Of a stretch of DNA of 64,000 nucleotides, positions 8,346 through 18,100 are shown one piece after another. Origin of the DNA: Bacillota bacterium. GTDB taxonomy: Bacteria; Bacillota; Clostridia; Monoglobales; Firm-18. Position 1 is the first letter of the stretch; each line of letters starts with the position of its first letter. The notes under the pieces are model-generated. The model did no database searches, was not told the origin of the DNA, and was given only the letters and a program-made list of their open reading frames with translations. Both the position numbers and the translations under genes were made by a program. The stretch is from contig JAKJBX010000009.1 in assembly GCA_022706765.1 (NCBI GenBank), forward strand, positions 4,924 through 68,923. Direction: 5' to 3'.

Positions 8346-9515
8346 ATGCCTGCTACGAAATACAAGACGAAACGCGGCGCCGTCAAATGGAAGGCGTCGT
8401 TTTGGTATACTGACTGGACCGGTGCCCGCCGGAAAAAGAAAAAGGAAGGCTTCGACAAAAAGTCGGACGCGCAGGCTTTCGAGCGTGAGTTCCTGCTCAA
8501 AAATGGGCGCAGCTGCGATATGTCTTTTTCTTCTCTGGTTGATCTCTATCGGGCCGATGCGGATCATCGGGTCCGCGAGGGTACCCGGGAGACGCAGGAC
8601 TCCATCATTGACAAGTGGCTGCTCCCTTACTTTGGCGAGCTGCAGGTGAATGAAATCGACGCGGTGGCGATTCGCAATTGGCAGAATGTCGTCATGTCTG
8701 CTATCAATCCTCGAACCGGTAGGAAATATGCGGAAACCTACACGCGCACCATCAACAGTCGCCTCTCCGCTGTTTTCAATTACGCGGTGATGTTCTATAA
8801 CCTGCATAAAAATCCGTGTCTCCCGGCTGGCTTCATGGGAAAGAAAAAAGCCGGTAAAATGAAATTCTGGACTCTGGACGAGTTCAAGACGGCTATTGTT
8901 CATGTTACGAAGCCGGGCTTCCGTGTTGCTCTGATGGTTCTTTATTGGGCCGGTCTTCGCGTTGGTGAGTGTTTGGCCATTACTCCGGCTGATGTCTTGC
9001 CGTCAAAGGCGATCCGGATTGAAAAAACGCACCACCGGAAGGAAGGGGAGGACGCGCCGGGCCCTCCAAAGACCGAGAACAGCGTCCGGGACGTCTCGAT
9101 ACCCGGGTTCCTCCACGATGATCTCATGGCCTATATCAATGCCCTTTATGATATCGGAGTGGGGGATCGTGTCTTCTACTTCTCCCACGGAACGCTGAAC
9201 CGGGAGCTTGACCGGATTGCCGAAGTCTCCGGGGTGAAGCGCATCCGGATTCATGACCTCCGCCACTCCCATGCTGCGCTGCTGGTCGAGCTTGGTTATT
9301 CCATCGTGGCCGTTGCCGAGCGTCTTGGCGATACCGTGAAGGTCGCCATGGAGACGTACTCCCATCTCTACCCGGATAAAATGGAAACCATCGCCGACGA
9401 CCTCGAGCGGCATGCAAAAAGCAAAGAGGAGCATGTTTCGGCTCCTCCTCCTGCTGATCTCTCTGGGCTTATAAATGTTCTCGAAAATGTAGAAAAAAGC
9501 ACCGAAAAAAAATAA
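8346..9515 (+). CDS. int: tyrosine-type site-specific recombinase (phage integrase family)
   Basis: SAM-like N-domain. Catalytic GLRVGE..., HDLRHSHA and ETYSHLY (R..HxxR..Y). GGAAGGAGG RBS before the ATG at 8346. Confidence 0.9.
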   Translation: MPATKYKTKRGAVKWKASFWYTDWTGARRKKKKEGFDKKSDAQAFEREFLLKNGRSCDMSFSSLVDLYRADADHRVREGTRETQDSIIDKWLLPYFGELQVNEIDAVAIRNWQNVVMSAINPRTGRKYAETYTRTINSRLSAVFNYAVMFYNLHKNPCLPAGFMGKKKAGKMKFWTLDEFKTAIVHVTKPGFRVALMVLYWAGLRVGECLAITPADVLPSKAIRIEKTHHRKEGEDAPGPPKTENSVRDVSIPGFLHDDLMAYINALYDIGVGDRVFYFSHGTLNRELDRIAEVSGVKRIRIHDLRHSHAALLVELGYSIVAVAERLGDTVKVAMETYSHLYPDKMETIADDLERHAKSKEEHVSAPPPADLSGLINVLENVEKSTEKK

Positions 9516-9548
9516 GTGGAACGCTTCCGGTACGCTTTTGAAAAAAAC

Positions 9549-9590
9549 AAAGCCGAAAACCCGCATGAACACTGGGCTTTCGGCTTTTAT
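9549..9590. terminator. bidirectional hairpin between int and guaA
   Basis: AAAGCCGAAA ... TTTCGGCTTT 10-bp arms flanked by A and T runs. Confidence 0.55.
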
Positions 9591-9594
9591 GCAG

Positions 9595-11133
9595 TTACTC
9601 CCACTCGATCGTTGACGGAGGCTTACTGGTAATATCATAGACAATGCGGTTGACATGCCTGACCTCGTTGACGATGCGGTTGGAGATTTTTTCGAGTAAA
9701 TCGAACGGGATCCTTGCCCAGTCCGCCGTCATAAAGTCGCTGGTCGAAACGCCGCGCAGGGCGATGGTGTAGTCGTAGGTGCGCTCGTCGCCCATGACGC
9801 CGACGCTGCGCATACCGGTCAGCACCGCAAAATACTGGTTGACCTCACGGTTTAGTCCCGCGTTCATGATTTCTTCTCTGAAAATAGCGTCCGCATCCTT
9901 TAAGATTGCCAGCTTGTCCTTTGTGACCTCGCCGATGATACGGATGCCCAGCCCCGGACCGGGGAACGGCTGACGCCAGACAAGGTTTTCGGGGATGCCC
10001 AGCGCAAGCCCCGCCTTTCGCACCTCGTCCTTAAAGAGATTGCGAAGCGGTTCTATGATTTCCTTGAAATCGACATAATCGGGCAGCCCGCCGACATTGT
10101 GGTGGCTTTTGATGACCGCCGCGTCACCGAGTCCGCTTTCAATGACGTCAGGGTAAATCGTGCCTTGAACCAAAAAATCGACACTGCCGATTTTCTTTGC
10201 TTCTTCTTCAAACACCCTGATGAATTCCTCGCCGATGATTTTGCGCTTGGTTTCGGGGTCGGTGACGCCCGCAAGCCTTTGCAAAAACCTGTCCTCGGCG
10301 TTGACGCGCACAAGGTTCATATCAAACTCGCCCCTGAACACCTGCTCGACCTCGTCGCCCTCGTTCTTACGCATAAGCCCGTGGTCGACAAAGACGCAGG
10401 TGAGCTGCTTGCCGACCGCCTTGTGAATCATCACGGCGGCGACGCTGCTGTCTACGCCGCCCGACATGGCGCACAAGACCTTTTTGTCACCAATTTTTTC
10501 GCGGAGCGCAAGGATCTCCTTTTCGGCATAGTCCGCCATCTTCCAGTCGCCGCTGCACCCGCAGACGCTGTACAAGAAGTTGCGCAGCATTTGCGTCCCC
10601 TGAGGCGTGTGGACGACCTCGGGATGGAACTGTACGCCATAGAGGTTTTTATCAGCGCAGGAAAACGCCGCAACGGGACAGCCCAGGGTTGCAGCGCAAA
10701 CGTCAAAGCCCTTTGGGGGCGTTTTAACGGAATATGTATGGCTCATCCAGCAGACGGTTTCGGGTTTTAAATCCGCAAACAGTTTGCTTGATGTTGTCAG
10801 CATAATGTCGGTCTTGCCGTATTCACGAAACGGCGCAGGCGCAACCTCGCCGCCCAGCATATGCCCCATCAGCTGCATACCGTAGCAGATGCCGAGGATG
10901 GGTATCCCAAGCTCAAACACACAGGGGTCGCACTTGGGCGCGTTGTCGTCATAGACGCCCGACGGTCCGCCCGTGAAGATGATGCCCTTCGGATTTAATT
11001 TTTTGATTTCTTCGACCGGCAGCGTATAGGGCTTCACCTCACAATAGACGCTGCATTCCCTCACGCGCCTTGCGATAAGCTGGTTATACTGACCGCCGAA
11101 ATCCAGGACGAGAATGAACTCGTTATCCAACAA
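9595..11133 (-). CDS. guaA: GMP synthase (glutamine-hydrolysing)
   Basis: [35 protein letters not shown] and C-terminal PPSTIEWE. Confidence 0.96.
   Translation of the reverse strand: MLDNEFILVLDFGGQYNQLIARRVRECSVYCEVKPYTLPVEEIKKLNPKGIIFTGGPSGVYDDNAPKCDPCVFELGIPILGICYGMQLMGHMLGGEVAPAPFREYGKTDIMLTTSSKLFADLKPETVCWMSHTYSVKTPPKGFDVCAATLGCPVAAFSCADKNLYGVQFHPEVVHTPQGTQMLRNFLYSVCGCSGDWKMADYAEKEILALREKIGDKKVLCAMSGGVDSSVAAVMIHKAVGKQLTCVFVDHGLMRKNEGDEVEQVFRGEFDMNLVRVNAEDRFLQRLAGVTDPETKRKIIGEEFIRVFEEEAKKIGSVDFLVQGTIYPDVIESGLGDAAVIKSHHNVGGLPDYVDFKEIIEPLRNLFKDEVRKAGLALGIPENLVWRQPFPGPGLGIRIIGEVTKDKLAILKDADAIFREEIMNAGLNREVNQYFAVLTGMRSVGVMGDERTYDYTIALRGVSTSDFMTADWARIPFDLLEKISNRIVNEVRHVNRIVYDITSKPPSTIEWE
9599..9609. 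repeat. att-type direct repeat TCCCACTCGAT (within guaA 3' end)
   Basis: Identical to 4000-4010. Encodes the IEWE of the guaA C-terminus. Confidence 0.7.
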
Positions 11134-11153
11134 AAACTCCTCCTAATCAATAA

Positions 11154-11395
11154 ATACGCTCCGGCGAAATAAATTCGCCTGCGCTTGCCCTCACGGGGTG
11201 AGATGAGGCGTTCGGATAAGCGCTACGCGCCCGAACGCATTATTTAGGAATTATACGCTCCGGCGAAATGAATTCGCCTGCGCTTGCCCTCACGGGGTGA
11301 GATGAGGCGTTCGGATAAGCGCTACGCGCCCGAACGCATTATTTAGGAATTATACGCTCCGGCGAAATGAATTCGCCTGCGCTTACGAAAAGCAC
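11154..11395. repeat. 99-bp tandem repeat, about 2.5 copies (family D), in the guaA 5' leader
   Basis: ATACGCTCCGGCGAAAT recurs at 11154, 11253 and 11352. The unit contains three short hairpins (GGCGAA/TTCGCC, CTCAC/GTGAG, GCGTTCGG/CCGAACGC). Confidence 0.85.
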
Positions 11396-11456
11396 TGCAC
11401 ACCCGAGCGCACTTAAAAAGAATACCCCTATTTTAATCAAACAATGATCATACAAT

Positions 11457-11486
11457 ATTATATCTGTTTTGTGACAAAAAGTCCAA
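11457..11486 (-). promoter_or_regulatory. candidate guaA promoter TTGGAC-18-TATAAT
   Basis: Minus-strand motifs downstream of the tautomerase terminator hairpin. Confidence 0.35.
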
Positions 11487-11520
11487 TAATTTTTCATAAA
11501 AAAGTATACAAGCCCGTTTT

Positions 11521-11751
11521 CTATTCGGGCTTGTAATTCGGCTTTTTGTATAAATTGTCGAGGTTGGGCGTAATTTCCTTGTAGAAAACCTCTTCGCCCC
11601 ATTTTTCCTTGTCATACTCCTCGACCGCAACGGAAATATGGTCGTCCGTGCAGCCGATGGTTTCGATGAGCGCCTTTGAAACAGCGTCAGTCATTGCCTG
11701 CTTCTGCTCCAAGGTCCTCCCCTTATACATTTTGACGATGACGTGCGGCAT
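11521..11751 (-). CDS. 4-oxalocrotonate tautomerase family protein
   Basis: MPHVIVKMYKGRTLEQKQAMTDAVSKALIETIG, with the N-terminal Pro after Met typical of the family. Overlaps the mtaD 3' end. Confidence 0.7.
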   Translation of the reverse strand: MPHVIVKMYKGRTLEQKQAMTDAVSKALIETIGCTDDHISVAVEEYDKEKWGEEVFYKEITPNLDNLYKKPNYKPE

Positions 11752-13033
11752 TGATTCTTTCCCCTTTCTTTTGGATTTGGTAAGTGATTTGCTCTGTATC
11801 AAGCGTTTTAATTTCGCCGTTTTCCATGATAAACTCCCCGCTGGCCATGACGCTCGATACGTCGCCCGCCTGTGCGGAGTAGGCGATCAGGCTGTGAGGG
11901 TTATACCTCGGCATCAAATGGGGCTTTTGGGTGTCGATGATGATGAGGTCCGCCTGCCAGCCCTTGCGCAGCGCACCGGTCTTTTCAAGCCCGAGCGCCC
12001 TTGCGCCGTTTAATGTCGCCATTTTGACCGCCTCGGCAGCGGAGATTTCCGTCGGATTTTTGCTCACGCCTTTATGCAAAATTGCCGCCAAGTGCAGCTC
12101 CTCAAACATATTGAGATTGTTGTTGCTTGCCGCGCCGTCGGTGCCGAGCGCTGTGTTGATGCCCTGTTTCAGGTACCCCCCGATCGGGGCGACCCCGCTT
12201 GCAAGCTTTAAGTTGCTCGACGGGTTGTGTACGACGCTTACCTTGTCGGCGGCAATGACCTCTGTGTCGTCCTTTGTCAGATAGACGCAGTGGGCGGCAA
12301 TGGTACGGGTCGCGAAAAACCCGCAGTCCTTTAACAGCTGTGTCGGCGTTTTGCCGTGCTTTTTTAGACATTCGTCGTTTTCGTGCGCCGTTTCGGAAAT
12401 ATGCGTGTGCATACCGCAGCCCAATTTTTCGGCGGTTTCGGCAATAAAGCGCAGGTATGCGGGCGTGCTGGTATAGACCGCGTGGGCGGACATCTCAACG
12501 TTGATCCTGCCGCCGCCCGAGCCGTGGTACTGGTCATAGAGCTCGAGCGCCTCCGCCATGCGGGCGTCGCCCGAAAAGTCGGTGCGGTCGTCAAAGCATT
12601 GCAGCGCACGGCAGATGTTGGCGCGCATACCGCTTCCCAACACCGCTTCGGCGGTATGTTTGCTGAGGAAATACATATCGGCAAAGGCGGTCGTGCCGCC
12701 TGCGATCATCTCCCAGCAGGCGAGCATACTGCCCCAATAAATATCATCGCCATCAAAGGTTTCTTCGACCGGGAAGATGTGATCAAACAGCCAGTCCTGC
12801 AAGCGCAAATCATCGGCGTATGAGCGCAGCAGCGTCATCGGCGTGTGGGTGTGGGCGTTGACAAGCCCCGGCATCACGATGCCGCCCTTAGCGTCAACGG
12901 TACGGTCGGGTGTAAAGGTATTATCCTTGCCAACGAACGCAATCGTCCTGCCGCTGATGCCGACGTCGCCCGAAACAATTGGATTTACGTCGTCATTGGT
13001 GATGACGGTTGCGTTTTTGATCAGTGTGTTCAT
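11723..13033 (-). CDS. mtaD: amidohydrolase, 5-methylthioadenosine/S-adenosylhomocysteine deaminase-like
   Basis: GGIVMPGLVNAHTHTPMTLLR metal-binding motif, HISE and GTDG motifs. ATG at 13033 after AGGAG; ATGA overlap with the ahcY stop. Confidence 0.8.
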   Translation of the reverse strand: MNTLIKNATVITNDDVNPIVSGDVGISGRTIAFVGKDNTFTPDRTVDAKGGIVMPGLVNAHTHTPMTLLRSYADDLRLQDWLFDHIFPVEETFDGDDIYWGSMLACWEMIAGGTTAFADMYFLSKHTAEAVLGSGMRANICRALQCFDDRTDFSGDARMAEALELYDQYHGSGGGRINVEMSAHAVYTSTPAYLRFIAETAEKLGCGMHTHISETAHENDECLKKHGKTPTQLLKDCGFFATRTIAAHCVYLTKDDTEVIAADKVSVVHNPSSNLKLASGVAPIGGYLKQGINTALGTDGAASNNNLNMFEELHLAAILHKGVSKNPTEISAAEAVKMATLNGARALGLEKTGALRKGWQADLIIIDTQKPHLMPRYNPHSLIAYSAQAGDVSSVMASGEFIMENGEIKTLDTEQITYQIQKKGERINAARHRQNV

Positions 13034-14280
13034 GCTTCCCACTCCTGCAAATAGCTTGCCTGCTCGTCGGTCAGCGTGTCGATGCCCACGCCGAGCGCAC
13101 CCAGCTTTAAGCCCGCAACATAGCTGTCGATATGCTCCGGCACGTTGTAGACCTTATTGTCAAGGCTGCCCTTGCTATCAAGAATATGCTTGACGCAAAG
13201 TGCCTGCAAGGCAAAGCTCATATCCATGATCTCGGCGGGATGCCCGTCGCCCGCGGCGAGGTTCACCAAACGCCCCTCGGCGATCAGGTTGATCCGTTTG
13301 CCATTTGGCAAGGTATAGCCGATGATGTTGTTTCGTACCTCCTGCGCCGATACGGCAAGCTCGCGCAGCCTCGCCACGGCGATTTCCACGTCAAAATGCC
13401 CGGCGTTCGCAAGGATCGCGCCGTCCTTCATCTTCATAAAGTGGTCGGCGGTGATGACGTCCTTGCAGCCCGTCACCGTCACGAAAAAGTCACCAATTTC
13501 ACACGCCTTGTCCATCGGCATCACCTTAAAGCCGTCCATGACCGCCTCGATGGCGCAGATGGGGTCGACCTCCGTCACGATGACGTTCGCGCCCAAACCC
13601 TTCGCGCGCATGGCAACGCCCTTGCCGCACCAGCCGTAGCCTGCGACCACGACGTTCTTGCCGCTGACGATGAGGTTGGTGGTGCGGTTGATGCCGTCCC
13701 AGACGCTTTGACCCGTGCCGTAACGGTTGTCAAAGAGGTATTTGCAGCGCGCGTCGTTGACCGAAATCATCGGCAGTCGGAGAGCATTCGCCTTTTCCCT
13801 CGCACGCAGGCGCAGCACGCCCGTGGTGGTTTCTTCACAGCCGCCGATGACGTTTGCCAAAAGGTCGCTGCGTGTGGTGTGCAAAAGCTGTATCAGGTCG
13901 CCTCCGTCGTCGACGATGATGTGCGGCTTGGTGTCGAGCGTCAGGTTGAGGTGTTCAAAGTACTCCTCCTCCGTGGCGCCGTGCCACGCAAAGACATTTA
14001 GCCCCTCGTGGGCGAGTGCGGCGGCGATATCATCCTGGGTCGACAGCGGGTTGCTGCCCGTGATGGCGACGTTTGCGCCGCCCGCGGCAAGGGTCTTTGC
14101 CAGGTACGCCGTTTTGGCTTCAAGATGGATGCTGACGGCGATGTTGACGCCCTCAAAATAGCGGCGCTTTTCAAAGTCCGCCTTGATGATATGCAATATG
14201 GGCATGTTGCGCTCGACCCATGCGATTTTCTTTGCGCCTGACTGCCAAAGCGACGCGTCACGAATAATGCTTTTGCTCAT
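13030..14280 (-). CDS. ahcY: adenosylhomocysteinase
   Basis: STQDDIAAAL, CNIGHFD-like NAGHFDVEI and the NAD-binding VVAGYGWCGKG. Confidence 0.92.
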   Translation of the reverse strand: MSKSIIRDASLWQSGAKKIAWVERNMPILHIIKADFEKRRYFEGVNIAVSIHLEAKTAYLAKTLAAGGANVAITGSNPLSTQDDIAAALAHEGLNVFAWHGATEEEYFEHLNLTLDTKPHIIVDDGGDLIQLLHTTRSDLLANVIGGCEETTTGVLRLRAREKANALRLPMISVNDARCKYLFDNRYGTGQSVWDGINRTTNLIVSGKNVVVAGYGWCGKGVAMRAKGLGANVIVTEVDPICAIEAVMDGFKVMPMDKACEIGDFFVTVTGCKDVITADHFMKMKDGAILANAGHFDVEIAVARLRELAVSAQEVRNNIIGYTLPNGKRINLIAEGRLVNLAAGDGHPAEIMDMSFALQALCVKHILDSKGSLDNKVYNVPEHIDSYVAGLKLGALGVGIDTLTDEQASYLQEWEA

Positions 14281-14284
14281 GGTT

Positions 14285-15109
14285 TTACCCCTCAATTTCC
14301 GAAATAATATGGTCGATCAATGCCGAAAGGGTTTGAGAACCTTTATTGCCCGCTTCCAGGACCTCACTGTGGGTCAGCGGCTTATCGAGTATCCCCGCCG
14401 CCATGTTGGTCAGCAGCGAAACGCCCAAAACCTCCAATCCGCAGTGCGAGGCGGCAATGACCTCCGCTACCGTCGACATCCCCACGGCGTCCGCACCGAG
14501 GGTGCGCAGCGCGCGGATCTCGGCGGGCGTTTCATAGGACGGACCCGGCATATAGGCATAGACGCCCTCTCGCAGCGTGATCCCCAAACGCTTTGCCGCG
14601 TCGCGCGCAAGGCGTTGAAGCCGCGGCGTATAGGCATAGGTCATGTCGTTAAAGCGTGGACCCAGCTCGTCATAGTTCTTGCCACGAAGCGGGCTGTCCG
14701 ACACCAGCTTGATGTGGTCGGTGATCAGCATCAGTTCGCCGGCATTGAACGAAGTATTGATACAGCCTGTGGCGTTCGTGACGATAATCACCTTTACACC
14801 CAGCTCTTTGAGCACATACACGGGGAACGCCGACTGCTCCATGGTGTATCCCTCATAGCAGTGGTACCTGCCGCACATCATAGCGACGCTTTTGCCGCCA
14901 AGCTTTCCGAACGCCAGCATCGACTTATGACCGAGGGCGGTCGCCGGAGGGAAGTCAGGGATGTCTTCATATGATATCCGCACGGGGTTTTCAAGGCGCT
15001 CATGGTACGCACCCAGTCCCGAGCCAAGGATGATTGCGATGTCGAGAGGCGTTTCGATTTGATTCAAGATGAATCTTGCGCTGGTTTTCACTCTGTTATA
15101 GGACAGCAT
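14285..15109 (-). CDS. purine nucleoside phosphorylase (PunA/MTAP family)
   Basis: ILGSGLG, GRYHCYEGY and VGMSTVAEV motifs. Confidence 0.88.
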   Translation of the reverse strand: MLSYNRVKTSARFILNQIETPLDIAIILGSGLGAYHERLENPVRISYEDIPDFPPATALGHKSMLAFGKLGGKSVAMMCGRYHCYEGYTMEQSAFPVYVLKELGVKVIIVTNATGCINTSFNAGELMLITDHIKLVSDSPLRGKNYDELGPRFNDMTYAYTPRLQRLARDAAKRLGITLREGVYAYMPGPSYETPAEIRALRTLGADAVGMSTVAEVIAASHCGLEVLGVSLLTNMAAGILDKPLTHSEVLEAGNKGSQTLSALIDHIISEIEG

Positions 15110-15124
15110 TTTATCAATCCCTCA

Positions 15125-18100
15125 TTATCTGAAATAATTGACGCCCGATTCAAAAATACGCTGGTTTTGCTCGCCGCCGATGTTTTTGGCGACATAGCTG
15201 CCGATACGTTCGGAGTGCCCCATCTTGCCCAGCACCCTGCCGTCGGCGCTCGTGATGCCCTCGACGGCGCAGACCGAGCCGTTAGGGTTGAAACGGATGT
15301 CATAGGTCGGGTTGCCCTGCATGTCCACATACTGCGTGGCGATCTGACCGCTCTTTGCAAGCTTTTTGATCACCTCGCCGCTTGCGACAAACCTGCCCTC
15401 GCCGTGCGACACGGGAATGGTATGGATATCGCCGACCCTTGATCCCGCCAGCCACGGTGACAGGGTGGAGGACACCACGGTGTTTACCATGGTCGACACG
15501 TGCCTGCCGATGGTGTTATAAGTCAGCGTCGGGCAGGTATCGGTCATGTCACGGATCTCGCCGTAGGGTACCAGCCCCAACTTGATCAGCGCTTGAAAGC
15601 CGTTGCAGATGCCGAGCATCAGCCCGTCACGTTGGGAAAGCAAATGATGAATATCCTCTTTGAGGCGGGGGTTTCTGAAAAGCGTGGCGATAAATTTGCC
15701 CGAGCCGTCCGGCTCGTCGCCTGCGGAAAAGCCGCCAGCCAGTATCACGATCTGCGCGCTGTTTATGCGTTTTGACATCTCGGCGACCGAGGCTTCAACC
15801 TGACTTGGGGTCAAGTTTTTGACGACGAAAACGTCCGCCTCTGCGCCCGCGCGCTCAAACGCCCGTGCGGTGTCGTATTCACAGTTTGTGCCCGGGAACA
15901 CGGGGATGAACACCCTCGGCTTAGGTGTTTTCGTGAGTGGTCTTGTGATGTTTGCCGCTGTATAGCTGAATTTTTCAATCGGCGTATCCATACTGTCCGT
16001 TTGGGTGGGAAACACCCTTTCAAGCGGCGCTTGCCACGCCGCAACAAGCTCGTCCACCGCAAGCGACACACCGCCGATACAAATGGCGTCGCCCCCTGTT
16101 TTACCAATCACCTCGCCGAATGAAACTCCGTCCGCCAACTCTAAGACGATGCTGCCGTAGTACGGGAAGAACAATTCCTCGGCGGGAATATCGTCAAAGG
16201 TGAAGCCGATTTTGTTGCCGAAGGACATCTTGGATACCGCTTCGCAAAGCCCGCCGCCCGTCACGGCATATGCCGACAGCACGCCGCCGCTTTGGATAAG
16301 GCTATGCAATGCGCCGTATTTTTCTTTTAAGTCGTCAAAGTCGGGCAGATGGTTTTCGTCCAATTTTATTTTTAAGAGCGCAACGATCGAACCACTCTTT
16401 TTGAACTCGCCCGATACCGCCTTGCCGACGTCTATGGCGTCTACCGCAAAGCAAACGAGCGTGGGCGGCACGTCGATGTCCAAAAAGCTGCCGGACATAC
16501 TGTCCTTGCCGCCGATCGCCGCGATACTTAGCTTAGTCTGCGCGTAATACGCGCCCAGCAGCGCCGACAGCGGCTTGCCCCAGCGTTCGGGTTCGTCCTT
16601 TAAGCGTTCAAAATATTCCTGCAACGTCAGGTAGGCTTTGGAAATGTCGCCGCCCGCCGAAGCCAGCTTGGAAAGGCTCTCCACAATCGCATAGACCGCG
16701 CCGTGGAAGGGGCTCCATTTGGAAATGTTCGGGTTAAAGCCGTATGCCATCACCGTGCCTGTGGTCGTTTCGCCGCATAGCACGGGGATTTTTGCCGTCA
16801 TCGCCTGCTGGGGGGTCAGCTGGTGCCTGCCGCCGAAGGGCATAAACACCGTGCCACCGCCGATGCTGCTGTCAAAGCGCTCGACCAGTCCTTTTTGGCT
16901 GCACACGTTCAGACCCGACAGGGTTTCCAGCCACTTTTCCCGGACGTCCGTCACAGGCGCAGCCTTGAACACGCTGTTTTCATAGTTGATGGCGCCGATT
17001 GCCGCAGTCGCCGACTTTTCCGCACCGTTGGTATTTAAAAACGCACGGCTGACGTCGACGATCGTCTTGCCCCGCCAGCGCATCACCAGCCTGTTTTGGT
17101 CGGTCACGACCGCAACGGGGGTGGCTTCTAAATTTTCTTCCGCCGCCAGGGCGATGAACCGGTCCTTGTCACTGCTTCTCACAACGACCGCCATACGCTC
17201 CTGGGATTCGGAGATGGCAAGCTCGGTGCCAGACAGTCCCTCGTATTTTTTGGGCACGTCGTCCAAATCGATTACCAGACCGTCCGCAAGCTCACCAATG
17301 GCGACGCTGACACCACCCGCGCCGAAGTCGTTGCAGCGCTTGATCAGGCGCGTGACCTCCGGGTTTCTGAAAAGCCTTTGAATTTTGCGCTCCTCCGGCG
17401 GGTTGCCCTTTTGCACCTCCGCGCCGCACTCGGCCAGGGAGTCCTCGGTGTGCGCTTTGGACGAGCCGGTTGCGCCGCCGCAGCCGTCACGCCCCGTCCT
17501 GCCTCCCAAGAGGATGATGACATCGCCTGCCCCGGGAGCTTCCCTGACGACGTTTTCGGCAGGCGCCGCACCGATGACCGCGCCGATCTCCATGCGCTTT
17601 GCCTCATAGCCCTCGTCATAGATTTCGCTGACCAGTCCCGTGGCAAGCCCGATCTGGTTGCCGTACGCGCTATAACCCGCCGCCGCTGTGGTGGTGATTT
17701 TGCGCTGAGGAAGCTTGCCCGGAATTGTTTCCTTAACGGACTTCCTCGGGTCGCCGCTGCCCGTGACACGCATCGCCTGATACACATATACACGCCCCGA
17801 AAGCGGGTCGCGGATCGCACCGCCGAGGCAGGTCGCCGCACCGCCGAAAGGCTCTATTTCAGTAGGGTGGTTGTGGGTCTCGTTCTTGAACATCACCAGC
17901 CACGGCTCGACCCTGCCGTCCACCGTAACGTCTACCTTGATGCTGCACGCATTGATTTCCTCCGACTCGTCAAGCGCCGTCAGTACGCCGTCTTTTTTGA
18001 GCTTTTTCATCGCAAGGGTGGCGATGTCCATCAGCGTGACGCTCTTTTCCCTGCCATCGTAGACAGTTTTACGGTCGTCAAGGTATTGCCGGTACACGCC

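Larger units (their letters stand above)
4000..9609. mobile_element. small integrative island (about 5.6 kb) inserted in the 3' end of guaA
   Basis: 11-bp direct repeats at both ends. A tyrosine integrase abuts the guaA-proximal repeat. Divergent XRE regulators are present; no replication, relaxase or virion genes. Confidence 0.7.

Noticed and set aside
7679-8903. Two long minus-strand ORFs (273 aa and 215 aa) inside the guaA island, which could have been extra island cargo.
   Set aside because: They overlap the plus-strand MuF-core, zinc-ribbon and integrase genes. Those genes have RBSs, ATGA coupling and catalytic motifs. The minus-strand translations are Arg/Ser/Pro-rich with no start context.
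11154-11395. Possible CRISPR array (also considered for 46329-46447).
   Set aside because: The repeats are directly tandem with no unique spacers. The unit lengths (99 bp and 17 bp) do not fit CRISPR architecture, and no cas genes are in the window.
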